A stretch of 64,000 nt of DNA from Geosiphon pyriformis uo1 (taxonomy: Eukaryota > Fungi > Glomeromycota). Under the pieces are notes generated by a model. That model saw nothing but the letters and a program-made list of their open reading frames with translations. It was not told the DNA's origin and ran no database searches. Shown piece by piece: positions 1 through 14,506 of the stretch. Location of the stretch: positions 62,001 through 126,000 of the forward strand of contig JAAOMT010000785.1 in the NCBI GenBank assembly GCA_016748015.1, given 5' to 3'. Numbering within the stretch: position 1 is the stretch's first letter; every line of letters starts with the position of its first letter. A program made the translations under genes and the position numbers.

Positions 1-2234
1 CATTTCTTGACAGCTACCAGAGATAGGAGTAAGTGATTTCATCTAAATTCTTTAAAATTGAAACAATCACAATCCACTAAAATAAATATTCCCAAAAGCC
101 TTTTGCAACAATAACCGGATTATTAAAATTTAAATAGGTAAAATTAATATCAACGAAAGAAGCCGATAGTTTTTGAAATCCATTAAATTATGAAATTTTG
201 GAATGGTGAAATTCAAAAAATTTAGCATTTAATTATGAAACTGCCACCCCTTTTTTTATTTTTCGTTGATAATATTGATGCTTTTCTCGCGCTTATTAAT
301 ATTTTGTGTTATTTATAAAAATATAAATTCTATCTTTTGGATATTTGAACATTTTATTAAAATTCAGTTAAATTGATACTTTGGAAATTCTTTAAAAAAG
401 ACTAATTGTCCTAGCATATTGCCTTATGTCATCAAAATTTGAAAGATATTTTTTGAATTATAATGTTTTCTTACGCAAAAAATTTTAATGCTTTTTTGGT
501 AATCCGAGAAATAAGACTCACAAGAAAAGGATGGTTCTCAAGAGAAACTTGCTCGAGTAAAATTTATCACGTCGACCTGCTTTTCAAGGTTGATAAAAAT
601 TTACATAAAAAATATGATAGCTCAGCAGGATTATTAACAAAACAGGAGCTATTTTAATTTTTATTACAACAATTTTGGCTGAAGGTATTCATAAATGCTA
701 GAAATAGGTTTGAAAATATTGATTTATTAAAATTCCCAATGCTTATTCTATCCTTTTCATCCGACGATATGATAAAATTACAATCCACTTTCTTCACTCT
801 TGCTCTTCTCTTTTTAAACAAACAAACCAAAGCAACAAAATATCGTTTTCAATATTGCTTTAGGCATCTTTAAAGTAAAATTGAACCTTTCAAATGGCTA
901 GATGGCCAAAATATCTGCACTTTGTATTTTTGATTATCTATAAGATTTTTCCATCCACGGTCACTGAATATAGAAAATTAGAAATATAATTGATTTGTAA
1001 TATTCAAAGCTATACCTAATAATTTCAATTCCCAAACCAAATACATGTATATGTATTAATTCATGTCTTTGATTCAAAATCTAAATAGAATTCTCATTGA
1101 ATGTAAGCAGAGCTTTGCAAAAGAGGCCAACACCGAAGATAACCAATATTTTTTTAGTCACATTTTTACATTAAAAATTCAAGGCCAAATAACTCACCTC
1201 CGTGGGCTCAAAAATGTTTTTTCAAAACGATAAGCTCTTGAAATTATGAAAAACTTTATTTGATATGCCAGCCCTTCATATTCTATGAATTGGATTCATG
1301 GAAGACTGAGACCCTCGAATAAAAATTCAATACGCAATTGTGAACGAGAATTTCAAACTCAATAAATCTTTTAAATTTTTTCTAATTTCAGGAATCTAGT
1401 TTAAAGAAATATTTAAGGTCAACATCAATTAAAATGAGTCCATCTCTATTTTTAATTTTTTTTAAAAAAGAATTTGGTGAAGATAAATGTTTATGATTAA
1501 ACGTACATCTTAACGAAGATTGTTCTAAAAACTTTGATTCGTTGAGCTTTAATATGGGCTTTAAAGTTTTGATAATTTAAGCCTTTGTCAAGTTTTAGGC
1601 TTCCCTTAGATAGTCTACTTTATCATTTATCTAACTCATCTTCATAAGAATTTCAAGTTTAAGAAAGTAGCCCAATTTTAGAATCAATTTTTTGGCTAAA
1701 ATGAATGCATCCATTAATGATCAATACTTCAAACTATACATGCCAATATTGTCCTTTCACATGTATTAACAAGTATAATATATTGGAACAATATTAGTCA
1801 CGTTAGAATACGGTGTTAAAAATAAATATTGTTTTGGATGAACACAACATCCACAAGTAATTTTAAATTCATGGCATATTTGGTCAGCTAGGAGGCTAAA
1901 AAAAAAATATATTACAAATTCTTGTGTGTTTTCTAGATTGGAAATATTCTTTTCGAAATAAGATTTAACTTTGACTATAGTGTCACGCAACAGTTGTGGT
2001 TCTTAATAATGTGAAATACCTGAATATCATCTTGTATTTTGTCACCAGCCAAAATACTTTATTAAAAAATGGTATAAAATGAATTATTTCTTTTTAATTG
2101 ATTTCTGTAGCATTATTAAAATACAACACGATCGACTAAATGGATTCAGCCCCTTGGACAAATACGGAAGCAAATTCTTATACCGCAAAAGAAAACAAAT
2201 TTATCTATGAACCATACAGCTTGCAACTAAAGAA

Positions 2235-3168
2235 CGATAGAAGAGCTAATTTCGCATTCACAACTTCCAAACAACAGCGTACAAATTGCCGGGATTTTGG
2301 GTTATTGCAGCTCGGAAATACTTCTAACCAGTAAATCTATTGAATGGGTAGACTTTGATCGGTTCAAAGACATCAAATATTTAGCTCAAGGAGGATTTGG
2401 GACAGTATTTTCAGCTATATGGCTTGATGGACGAGTCTGTCTTGATGGCTATAATGACCTCGGTAGAACTCCACCTACAAAAGTTGCCCTAAAAAGAATA
2501 ATTCCGAAAAAAGTACAAATGAATTTTTGAGAGAGGCAAGTACAATGTTCTTTAAATCATTATTTAGAGTACTGTCGAAAGTGAATATTTTCCAATGTCT
2601 ACCTATTCATTCAAAATATTTTTAGGTTGCAATTCATCTCTATTGCTCTCATGCCTCTCGAGCTCTAATTCCGTTTTTTGGCATTACGCGTGATCCGAAA
2701 ACGAAAGAGTTTTTACTTATATTCCAATACGCGTCAAATCATGACCTGCGTCAATATTTGAAGCGTTTCAATAAAATCTTAACATGGCAAGAAAAACTTC
2801 TCATTACAGCGCAGATTTTCGAGGCATTGGTTTGCATCCATCAATTGGGGTTTCTTCATCGCGATCTACACCCTGGAAATGTTCTGGTGAATGGGCATCA
2901 AGTGATGGTTGCCGATTTGGGTCTTGCTTTTCCTGCAGATTCGACATCTTGGAGCAACGATAAAGGAACTTTTGGAGTGATTCCTTATATGGCACCAGAA
3001 GTTCTACGAGGCCAACCACATTCACAATTTTCTGATGTTTACAGTGTTGGAATGATTATGTGGGAAATTGCATCAGGAGGGAAAAACCTTTTTTCGAATA
3101 TAAATCATGACATTCATCTTCAGTACTTAATTTGTGATGGGTTTCGTCCTGTTAAAGTTCCTGGTATT
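2235..3168 (+). pseudogene. Tyrosine-kinase-like (TKL) protein kinase, probably disrupted; 3' end runs into the assembly gap
   Basis: Kinase motifs: IEWVDFDRFKDIKYLAQGGFGTVF (Gly loop), VALK, HRDLHPGN, DLG, GVIPYMAPE, SDVYSVGMIMWEI. A 1-nt frameshift near 2498 is needed to reach NSEKSTNEFLRE. A GC-AG intron at 2536-2625 then joins in frame to VAIHL...FFGITRDP. An in-frame TAA lies just upstream of TIEELISHSQL. Confidence 0.8.
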
Positions 3169-3603
3169 NNNNNNNNNNNNNNNNNNNNNNNNNNNNNNNN
3201 NNNNNNNNNNNNNNNNNNNNNNNNNNNNNNNNNNNNNNNNNNNNNNNNNNNNNNNNNNNNNNNNNNNNNNNNNNNNNNNNNNNNNNNNNNNNNNNNNNNN
3301 NNNNNNNNNNNNNNNNNNNNNNNNNNNNNNNNNNNNNNNNNNNNNNNNNNNNNNNNNNNNNNNNNNNNNNNNNNNNNNNNNNNNNNNNNNNNNNNNNNNN
3401 NNNNNNNNNNNNNNNNNNNNNNNNNNNNNNNNNNNNNNNNNNNNNNNNNNNNNNNNNNNNNNNNNNNNNNNNNNNNNNNNNNNNNNNNNNNNNNNNNNNN
3501 NNNNNNNNNNNNNNNNNNNNNNNNNNNNNNNNNNNNNNNNNNNNNNNNNNNNNNNNNNNNNNNNNNNNNNNNNNNNNNNNNNNNNNNNNNNNNNNNNNNN
3601 NNN
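3169..3603. other. Assembly gap (N run)
   Basis: Run of N bases. ORFs that span it are artefacts. Confidence 1.
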
Positions 3604-5400
3604 TTAGCCTAAAAAAATCTTGTTCAGCAGCCCGAAACCACTTCAAGACTTCTTGATTCGCTTGCTCAACTCCTTGGCCACTTTTATACATATTACTGAG
3701 ATTTTATGGGCAGCACACTGATACCACTTAATCAGATTATATTGTGCAATTGCATAATCTTGTTCAGCAGCAGCCCGATAGCACTTTACGGCTTCCTCTT
3801 CCGTTCTTTCAAATGCATATTGCCCAGATTTGTTTGCTTTTCTTTACAACCATGTTCGGCAGCAGCCCGATACCACTTCACAGCTTTCTCATTAGATTTT
3901 TTCACGGCCATTCAAATACATAATACCTAAATTGTATTGGGACGTCACATGATCTTGTTTAGCAGCAGCCCGAAACCACTTCACAGCTTCCTCATTAGAT
4001 TGCTCAACTCCTTGGCCATCCAAATACATATTGGCTAAATTTTTTTGCGAAGTTGCATTGCCTTTTTCAGCGGCAGCCCGATACCACTTCACAGCCTCCT
4101 CATTCGATTGCTCAACTCCTCGCCCATTTTATACATAAGACCCAAAGTGTATTTTGCAATTGCATAACCTTGTTCAGCAGCAGTCTTATCTCACTTCATA
4201 ACTTCCTCATTCGATTCCTCAACTCCTTGGCCATAATAATACATATTACACAGAATTGGTTTGCGCAATTGTATCACCTTGTTCAGCAGCAGCTTGATAG
4301 CACTTCAAGGTTTCCCAATTTGATTGTCTCACTTCCCCCTCATCGTGATATGAGAAACCCGAATCGTGTTGTGACTAGTCACCTTGTTTGCTAGCAATAC
4401 ACACCTCTGTAAAATTGCTAATCTCTAAAATCTCGTCAAATTCTTGTTGAACATTAATAATCGTCGGACGTTCTATTTTTATATCATTTTAATAAATATG
4501 AATCCAATATCAACCATTCTAAAATATATAATTTTCAATATTTAAGGAAATCAATTTTACCTTTGGTGATACCTGACCAGCATTTTTCATAAAGCTGGGC
4601 ATATGAAAAATTTAATGGATGAGAAGGCAATCTTAGTTCAGTGCTGAAAATCTCTACAAAACATTCTCTTTTCCCATCTGCAATTTCGCCAGCCAATGTG
4701 GGATCTCTCGAAGGGTTCTTAAACGGTGGATGGCTGTTTGCAATTTCCCAAAGGAAAACACCCAAAGAATAAATATCAGATGCTGTGGTATATCTATATG
4801 TTTCGTTGTTTCAACGAGTTGGGTCTATATACGAAATTAATCCAAAGACTTGGCCTGATGAAATCATATCGTTTTCTGACTTGGATAGTCCAAAATCCGC
4901 TAAAATCGCTTTTTTATTATGTATGAGACCCATATTTTGAATGCTTAATTATAAAAAATATCTTAGATTCACAATTTATTAACTTTAAAAGAGTTTCTGT
5001 TTTTAAATAAAACAACCTACTAAATCCCTATTAAATATCTTGTTTTCATGCAAATATGTTATAGCATCGATTGTGTTTTTCGCTAGCTCAATTTTCTTTC
5101 TAACTCCAAGCAATTCAAATAATTCTTTTGAAGTGTACCTCCACTTGCGTATTATAATACAAGAATATAATCTCCGTTAAAACCTGGAATAATGCATAAC
5201 CCAATCTTCTCTATTTTGAAACTAGACCAAAAGAAATCTTGTTTCAAACATTTTATCAAACCGAAAAATTGCGTGATATATGGGTTCTCTCTATTACCCA
5301 ATTTATATAAAATTTCTACCTTGAAAGAAGATATTTAGATATTTTAAATGGGAATTAAAGGTAGAAGGATTGAATATTTCTCTAAACAATACCTCACGCT
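3604..5400 (-). pseudogene. TKL kinase + C-terminal Sel1-like repeat protein, decayed
   Basis: Minus strand reads DFGLSK...FGLISYIDPTR*...SDIYSLGVFLWEIANSHPPF...LYEKCW, then several Sel1 units (e.g. KWYRAAAEKGNATSQKNLANMYLDGQGVEQSNEEAVKWFRAAA), with stops and frameshifts. The 5' limit is approximate. Confidence 0.85.
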
Positions 5401-6615
5401 TGAAATTTCTTTTGTCTCTTTGTGTGATCAGCTACCATATTTAAATGCTTTATTTAATATAAAAAATTATGCATAAATTATTTTGTAGTTATCTTAATTG
5501 CAGTATATGAATTAAAAATTTTTTTAAATTACTAATGAATAATGAGTTCATTAATAATTAAAATATCAATCATTTATTTATGGTTTTTACGCTTTATAAT
5601 TTAAATCAAAAAATTATTTAGAAATTACAATTTATTAAAAAATGAATTATGCTAAAAATACTTTTAAATAATAATTAAAATACATGTTTTTCATAAACCA
5701 TTTTTTTAAAAAAATAAATTTTCACGCTATTCTTGATATTTTTTATGAGCTTTCTTATATCATTTAAATTATTTAGAAATTTTTATTGAGATGAAAATTC
5801 TAATTATTGAACCGAATATCATTTATTTTTTTGCTCAAGTCTTTATTATCACAAAGTTTTATTCTTTTAATTATCAAGGAAATGCTTCAGCGATTTTGTT
5901 GTTGGAATTTTTGCTTCAAATTTTTTTTAATTCAGGTTTTGTATTTTTCCTGGGCTTATTTTCTTTGCCGTTTCAAGGAAAATGAGAGTTTACTAACTAT
6001 GATTGTAACAATTTTTGGATAAACCTCTGAAAAGTTGAATTAAACTAATACTGGTCAAAAAAGATTTTCAGAAATCATTATTTATTTTAATTTGCCTATT
6101 CTTTTATATAGTAATGAATAATTTCAAAATTCGTAACATTTTTTTTTACAAAATATGATTTCAAATATTTACGAATATTAGAATTATTTTTTATATTAAA
6201 ACTTCTTTTCGTGTTTATTTCATGCACATTGACAATAATATGTTTTTGGCTATTTTATTGGATTTACTACAAAAAACTTATTTTGAAGGTTATTAAATTT
6301 ATCTTTGAAAATTTTTATAGATAGAACGATAATTTTTTCTTTGGAAATTATGAGTTGATATTAACTTTGTGATTTAAATTTAATTTCATTACATTTTTTT
6401 TAAAAAAACTTTTTTAAAAACCCGAAAATAATAATAATAATTTAATTTGATACAATTATGCAATAAATAAGTATCTTTTAAATTATAATTATAAAAGAAA
6501 AAATTGAAAAAATGAAAGTTTAAATTATAAAAAGGATTTTTTAAAGAAGGTTTCAATTTAGTCGAGATTTGTCTTTAGCATGATAATAAAAAACCTTTAA
6601 AATCTACCAATTAGA

Positions 6616-7437
6616 TTATAATTCAATAAAAATGTAAAATGTACCAGGGTTTTTACCGAAATGAGCTTTCAAATTCTCGAATTGTCCAAAATGCTCTGTG
6701 ATTTGTTCAGGTTTAAATCCCTCATAGCTCTTACCGTAGTCTAAATGGGGCTCCAAAAGCAAAGCTCTTAATTCTGAGGGTTTAATTCCCGCAATTTTCA
6801 ATATTTTTTCGACCCTCTGTTGGAATATCGTTTTAACATTGTTACTTGTAAAAGCGGGAAGGTTTATACTAAGTTTCGGTAACGTTCCGATTGCTGTCAA
6901 ATAATCAATGTATCGCTTTTGGAACTTGTTTTGAGCTTTTAACGAAATTTTCTGAAAATCGGCTTCTTCCCTGTATTTCAGAAAATCATCAAGAACGAGT
7001 TTAGATGATTCTTTGAACGCAATCGGAAAGTTGTATTCATCTGCAAGAATAAGAGCCTCAAGCGGTTTTTCATGCGCCCTCCGGTCAAGAAATTCTTCAC
7101 AAGCTTCTTTCAAGCCTTTTATTTCATATTTTGTTGCTAGAGAAAGCAGATATGAAACTTTCTCCCAATTGATGAACAAATATGAGGCCGGATAAATAAA
7201 GGATAAAAGGTCCTCCACTTGTTCTGGTGATTCATGTAACGTTAAAACGGGAAGTCCTCTAGTATTTTTAGTTAGGGGGTGGAAAAGAATGATTCCTTTG
7301 AAAATCGGGGAGGATAACTCCAAAACATTACGATGAACTTTGAATGACTTTTGAGGGGCTCCGTGGAAATTAAGTATCAAATCACCATCAAAATAATAGT
7401 GTCGTTTGATGTTTTGTTCCATAAGATCTTGTACCAT
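6616..7437 (-). CDS. BTB/POZ domain protein (intronless)
   Basis: 273 aa ORF with DGDLIL...FKVHRNVLELSSPIF...E...LLSFIYP...LATKYEI...C, the fungal BTB signature. Confidence 0.88.
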   Translation of the reverse strand: MVQDLMEQNIKRHYYFDGDLILNFHGAPQKSFKVHRNVLELSSPIFKGIILFHPLTKNTRGLPVLTLHESPEQVEDLLSFIYPASYLFINWEKVSYLLSLATKYEIKGLKEACEEFLDRRAHEKPLEALILADEYNFPIAFKESSKLVLDDFLKYREEADFQKISLKAQNKFQKRYIDYLTAIGTLPKLSINLPAFTSNNVKTIFQQRVEKILKIAGIKPSELRALLLEPHLDYGKSYEGFKPEQITEHFGQFENLKAHFGKNPGTFYIFIEL

Positions 7438-7539
7438 TGTGATATGCTTGAGAATTAAATACTTGTCAATTATTTATACTCATTTAAACCCACTACTAGA
7501 ATCTGGACTTTTTTGATTAATTTATCTTTGACTATAATT

Positions 7540-7657
7540 TTTATGAAAATTATATGTAATAAAAACGTAATCATTTTTAAGCAAAAAAACGTAATATCTA
7601 ATTTTTTTATGAAATTTTATTTGTAATCATTTTTAAGCAAAAAAACGTATTAGCTAA
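7540..7657. repeat. Imperfect tandem duplication upstream of the BTB gene
   Basis: TTTTATGAAA...GTAATCATTTTTAAGCAAAAAAACGTA occurs twice in succession. Confidence 0.6.
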
Positions 7658-9041
7658 TAGTTTTAAAAAATATTCTGTTACTTTGAATAAAATAGTTATT
7701 ATATACTCTATGTTTCTAATTAAGTTTTTTCAAAGATTTTTTAATCAATTCTTATTTGAGATTGAGATCTCTTTTTTCATCTTCTAGATCACAGATGTTT
7801 TGTGTTTTCATACATACGTTATACAATAACAAAAAAGTGTATAACATATGGTGTTATTTATTTTACTCACTCACTCAATCAATCAATCAATCAATCAATT
7901 ATTGGATCATTTCTACCTTTCACACGGGTAATTTCTCATAAAAAGGGTTTCTCACTTTCATTTGAATTTTTACTAGACCTTAGCGATTCTGGAATTAGCA
8001 ATGTTTTATTGTATGCTTATCTTCAATGTTATCATATATTTTGAATTCTTGAGCCGCAGCACTCACGAGAGATTTAAATTACATTCGTTCGAATATGTAT
8101 GCACGCTCTAGCATATACCATCTAAACATGTGTAGATGACGCAAAATTGGATAATCTTCAAATCAAAATAAAGCTTATTTTCTTACGTAAAAAAAGTTTG
8201 CCAATTATATAGGTGAGAAAAAATGACTACAATTATGTGAAAGTTTTTATGCGTGAAGAAAGTTCAGAAACCAATAATTTTTTTGTTAGTTTGGATAGCA
8301 TAAGCAAATCTATTCAACCAACCAAATTGTAGCCAAAATCTCCGACCAAAATTTCGCTTTCCCATTAATGACATAATAAGGTCGCGTTGATGAAAAAAGT
8401 AAAGGGATAGTGACCACGGTATCATTTGTTGAGTACAGTACATCTTCTGTAGTCATTTCTTATTATGAAAAACTTTTTAGCTTCAAAAAGCAAATGTAAT
8501 TACTGCGCGTAAATCAATTGAATCAATGAATTAAAATATTGGAAAAGTTCGCATTTTCATCTTTTTATATGATATAAATTTATTTATAATGTTTCAGAGG
8601 GTATGATCGAGGCATTATGAAAAGCTTATCCAAATAAAGCAAAAGGGGGAAGAAAAGGGGAGAATATGTAAGATGTAGGGTAATATCAAAACAACTAAAC
8701 AAGATTTTGAAATTAATAGAATCAGAAAATTTAATTTTACCCAGAAAGGTTAGATTTGCAAAAGGGGAAGCATTTAAAAAGACCGAAAATATCATACATG
8801 AAAAATATAATAATGTATATAGGTTACAAAGGGTAGTTCATTATAGATGATATGGGAAAACACGTGTCAAAATTTGAAGCATAAAATTATACAACAAAAC
8901 TTTCTAGGAGGCTCAGATGTGTTTCTGCGTGAAAACGAACTCCCCGATCATCCCTCAAGTTCAGTTAAAATTTTTTTTTACAAATGAATAAGGCACTACT
9001 ATCATGTAAAGAATACTTTTGATAAATGTTTATGAGCGATT

Positions 9042-11564
9042 TCACAATCTACACCAGCGACTATCCAAGATTTGGTTGATGGTCAAGCGTTGATCGGGTT
9101 TCGTTTTAAACATGCCATTTAAGAGTTCACGAAGTTCATTAGAGGCATTAACATTTTCCAATGGAGGCTCTTCGAATCTTCCATTAAGGATTTTATATTG
9201 TAGTCGAGGTTCAAAATCATCATTAAACGGTAGTCGACCAGTGACCATAGCGTAAAGAACAACGCCCAAACTCCAGATATCCACTGAAGTGTCTTTAATA
9301 GGTGTCTTTGAACGAAGTTGTTCAGGTGGACAATAAGCTAAAGAGCCACCAGCATGACCATCGCATCGTGAATCATGAGCATATTCGGCTCTTTGATATT
9401 CGGACAAGCCGAAATCGCCTAGCTTCCAATTTCCCTCACTATCTAATAAAATATTATCCAATTTTATATCCTTATGGACAAGCCCCATATCATTATGAAG
9501 ATAACGAACAGCTTCGGCGATCTGAAGAAAAATTATGCGAGCTTGATCTTCGTTCAAGCCTCGTTCGTCTACGTTGCCATTCTTTTTAATGTATTCTAAA
9601 AGTGTACCACCTGGACACAATTCGGCAAAAATGAAGCTGGCGTATTCTGTCTCTTCAAAAGATATCATGCGTACAATATTTGGATTATCTAAATGGCGCC
9701 AGATTTCAATTTCTTTTTCAAGCAAAGCCTAATGATTAAATATGAGGTGATTAAAATTTATGTTGTTTCATTAAAAGGATAAATAAAGTTTTCAAGATTT
9801 ACTAAACTAATTTACCTGAAGGCGGTCATTATGTTTAGAATCAGGATCGTTCTTTACAATTTTGACGGCAACTTTTTCCATTACGCCCGAATCCATGGTA
9901 TAAGCTTCACGGACACAAGAGAAACCACCACGACCAATTACTTTACCAAGGATGTACTCACCGACTTGTTCACCCTCTTCATCAGGCAATCGAGTTGAAA
10001 CCGTTGCATCAGCTAAAAAACCAAGCCAAGAAGCAGCAGGAGATTGAATGCCACTGTATGCATCACTTGATATGGTTGGGGCTGAAAAGGCACGCTGTGA
10101 AAAGGGGTTTTCGGTACAAATACTCTTTGATTTGGGCCTTCCATTAATGTTTTTTGAGTGGTTGGTTGTGAAAGGTTCATATTTATCTCTTTGTTCTCTA
10201 AAGTGTGAGTTTTGTGCCGAGACATTAAAATTTGATTTTGTAGGTGGATAAGTTGATTCACGTGAATGTGGGTGTAGAACATTAAACTGCACTTTATTAC
10301 GTGATGGAGAAGCAACGTTCGTAGATTCACAAAGATTTTTATTGAAAGTATTAGCATTAATATCATGATTATTGTTATTGTTATTATTATTATTATTAGT
10401 CTGTTGGTCGTTTGCACCTTGTAAAAACTTTGATTCCATCTGAGTAACTGGAGATAGCATATCGATCGAGGAACTTAATGAGGATTTTGATGAACATGGG
10501 GAAAGTGATGGAGGTTGTGATGGTGAGGAAAGATTGGTTGGTGAAGGAAGAGTGGATGATGTCACGATTGATGAAAGAGTAAATGAAGATGGTTCATCAG
10601 TGGGGATTATTGATGAAAAGGACGACATTTGATTTTGTGTGATAGATGATGAGGATGCAAAAGCCAAAGATAGTGCTGAAGCAAAATTTGAGGTGATTTG
10701 AACGGCCAAATTGTTTTCTTCGACTGGAGATGAGGAGATTTCAGATGGAAAATTGATGACCGGATTAGGGATTTGCGTGGAAGGCCTAATATCTTGAAAA
10801 TTTCCGTTTTCCTTCATATTTGACAGTTTATTCATACTTGACGGTTTATTAATTGGATGATTACTGTTCTCTGGTTCTGAAAAGTAGGAGTACGTGTAGG
10901 CAGGGGCGGAGACACGTCGATTTAGAAATTGAACAGAATTCAAGCTTGGTCTGAAGTTTGTTCCTTTAATTTCTTCCTTCTCAAATAATGACACGATTTG
11001 GTTTTGTTTGTTTTTTCCTTGATGATCAATTTGAAATTCTTTAATTTCACTTTGATTATCAAAATTTTCTCTGGTAACTGTTTTCTCAGCTCGTTCCATA
11101 GAATATTGATGCTGATGTTTTTGTTTCTTGTAAAGTGTTGGTCCAGAATCATTTAAAGCTTTTGTGGGAGGTTGTGAACTGACTGGCCACCAATTATTTG
11201 GAGCTGACCAATCATCATTAAGAGGCCATGGTTTATTGATAATATTTTCATCTCTTGACTGATGATTTGATGAGGAAACTTTGGTTAGGATTCGTAATCT
11301 TAGTAATTCTCTATCATATAGAACTCTTCGTGCCGCTGTTGTTGCTGCAGTATGTGATAATCTCGCTGATTCCGGACGAGCAAAGTTTAATGAAGAGGTA
11401 TTTAAAATATCCAAATCTAATATATGGTGACCGGCCCCAACCCCTAGCCTCAATGAATTATCAGTCATAAAGTGAGTACTCTCAGGAGCACCACTATTTA
11501 GGTTATCGAAATTATACGTGTTTGTGTTCAAAGGAACCGTGTAGCAAGTTTCGCCTGGTTGCAT
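9042..11564 (-). CDS. Ser/Thr protein kinase, CAMK group (possibly Nnk1-like), with a long Ser/Asn-rich N-terminus; exons 11564-9816 and 9728-9042
   Basis: DEEGEQVGEYILGKVIGRGGFS, VAVK, HKDIKLDN, DFG, GSLAYCPPE, DIWSLG. The GT-AG intron 9815-9729 joins NDRLQ to ALLEKEIEIW in frame. First ATG is at 11564; the ORF track used an upstream GTG. Confidence 0.9.
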
Positions 11565-12920
11565 TTTTTGCACTTTTTTTTTTTTTTTTTTTCTTAAATG
11601 TTAATTTTTTTAGTGATACTTTCACGAAGGATTTCTCACAATTTCAAGTTTCAAACGTTAAAATCCTGTGAAAATAAGACGCTAGTTACGCTTTTCAAAG
11701 GGTTTTGAACAAAGCGCTTAACTTTCAAAACTCAGTGAAAGAAAAGTATGGTCAGCAGTGCAAATTTCTTCCTAACGGGGATGGTTTATAGAGAAAGTGA
11801 GTCGGTCCAATAGGAACAGAAATTATATTTGTTTGGGTTTTATGTGTAATAACCCTTTTCCTGTTTTAGCGTTTCTTCAGGTCGTTCCTTCAGGTCGTTC
11901 CTTCTGGTCGTTCTGTTCTCGAGTTCTGTTGTTAAGAATATTTATATTATTGTTTTTATATACACTCTTGGCTTTAATTTGTAGTTATTTTATTGTTAAA
12001 TTAGATAAATAACAACCAAATAACCAAATAACCAAAAAACAGATTGTCTGTATCTGCGTATAGTTCAAAGAAAAAAGTTTCAAAAGTTTTTTTTTTTGAC
12101 GGGGTAAACTTGCTATTATCTATATGTCGTCAAAGTGTGGTAAAGTGTGACTAGCGCTATTATTTTTGGACGTTAGTTTGAAAAAAAATTTCGAAATGTT
12201 TATATACCGACCCGAATCCGACTATATATATACGGGATGGTGTGAGTATACCTTAAATAAAATATTATTGTAAACAAAGGAAAGTTTGATTTAAAGAAAG
12301 ATATGAGATTGACCGGCAAGATCACAAGGATGAAAACGTGAAAAAAGCTGTATTTTATTTCACCGAGACTTGGTTTTTAGTTGAAAGAGAAAAAAAAAAG
12401 TGATATATTGGAAAAGATTGACAGGTGCGAGAACTGGAGAGTGTGGCGACTTGTTATATACCTTTTTATTATTGTCTACATTTTAAAATATTTTTGCCTC
12501 ACCATATAATTAAAGTTTCGATCAAACTGTGTAATGTAATTGGCTGATTGATGGTTTTTGGATTATGCTATTGCATAAAGATCATCATGATATTTATAAT
12601 GTTCTAAAATCTCGATAAGATAAATCAAATTGTACAAAATCATGCATTAGGTACCAGCCACAGATTCACTTTTTTAAACTTCCTATTTCTCACTAATCAC
12701 TACTTTTTACAACACGGTCTTTTATGCGGGATTTTTTTTATCATTTCAATGGCAATCATCAAAGATATTAAATTATTTTGCCGATTTTTATGATTTTTTT
12801 GTTCAAATCGAAGATTATATCAACAATAACAGATGGGAATAACTTGTCCGTAGCCAAAATTTAAATGCATTAACATTTGAATCATTTCAATTCTGTTAAA
12901 AAAAGAATTCTTTATTCTCC

Positions 12921-12990
12921 CTACTACTATTACTACTACTACTACTATTACTACTATTACTACTACTACTACTATTACTACTACTACTAT

Positions 12991-13074
<84 letters not shown>
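12921..13074. repeat. Compound trinucleotide microsatellite (TAC/TAT)n-(GAC)13
   Basis: Read directly from the sequence. Confidence 0.97.
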
Positions 13075-14506
13075 TCATAGGTCCAAGGAAAGAAAAGCTA
13101 TGAATGATCATGACTTTTTATTTTTAATCACCCCAAATTTCATTTACTTGGTTGAATGTGAAATCTTCGGGTTGTACTATAAATATATTTTATATACGTA
13201 TTTAGAAGAAGATTGTTTGCATAATATTTGTACGACCCTCGTCTCTGTTCATCTCGCCGAAAACTTCCGCTTGCATAGCCCGACATTTTCGCCAATACTA
13301 GAAAAAATATGGCTTAAATAATATGTTTCTGTTTTTTATTATTAAAAGATAAAACTCTTCAAAAAACATTTATGACCACTCGAAATCTAGCTTTATGTTT
13401 CTCCACGAATGAAAAGAAAATTCCCCCACATTTGATACAAAAATTTATGTTTATTATTTCCTTTTCTTTTTTATGAAACAACGAAAGAATATTTTTTCTC
13501 ATTGTTCAGTTCTTTTATATTCACTTTGCATCTCTTATCTTTTTCATCTTAGATTGGCACGCGATCCCTGCAGATGCCGAAAGAAATTCTTTTTAAAGTT
13601 GTTTGGGCAAATAATATAAAAACTCAACATGTGAAACCCTGATTAATATGAAATCGTAGGATCAAGATACATTTATGGCGTGAGTAGATTAAACTTTAAA
13701 GGTTTCTAAACTTAAAAAACTTTTTTAAGAATACCAAAAAATATCTGGTTACACAATTGTGGGTGACATTTTTTTTCTTTGATACATATGAGAATTTAAA
13801 TCATAGATGCACCAAATATTGAACTTAATTTGTGCTTTTTTGATGAATTTTTCGTTTTTTCAGGAATTAGACATTTTTCGGCTTTGTTTTCGATCTTTTT
13901 ATTTTTTATGATTATTTTACAGAATTCTGAGCTTTTAAAAGAATATTTCATTTTTTTCACTTTTTTAATTTAAAATTTATAATAAGTATTAATTATTATA
14001 CCAAAAGAATTTAGATATAAATATTTTTAAAAGTGTGAAAATAAGCTAAAAAATTTAATTATATTTGATTTTTAAATATATATAATAATTTGAATTTATT
14101 AGTTGAAATTATATTTGTTTTTATTAAAATTGTATATTTTTAAAAAATTTTAAAAAAATTAAAACAATTAATTAATTGGTTAAAATTCTTTAATATTTCA
14201 CCATATAATTAAAAATTAAAACAATTCGACTAATCATTACTTAATAAGTTTCTAAATTTTTTGATCCTTATCATTTCTCAAAAAATCCCATAATGTGCTA
14301 AGATTTAAATGGTTTATTTATAATTTTTTTAAAAAAATGCACACCTGACCAAAAATTCCGTATGTGCATTTACAGATTTTGAAAGAGTGTAAAAATACAG
14401 GAATTTAACAAGTTTTAGATTTGTCTTTCAATGAAAAAAAAAAAAAAACTTGTTATTCAGGTTTTTTGTCTTACACACAAAAAAGAATTTAGATCTTCAA
14501 CCAACC

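Noticed and set aside
400-2100. Possible F-box relic (LHSC...EPFKWL) and kinase N-terminal pieces
   Set aside because: Only short motif-like words across many stops; not enough to call.
3134-3691. Long ORFs spanning the N run
   Set aside because: Their length comes from X residues in the gap. The two flanking kinase relics are on opposite strands and cannot be joined.
12877-13111. Poly-Tyr/Asp and poly-Arg/Ser ORFs
   Set aside because: Translations of the microsatellite with no other coding signal. The same applies to the poly-Tyr ORF at 41115-41318.
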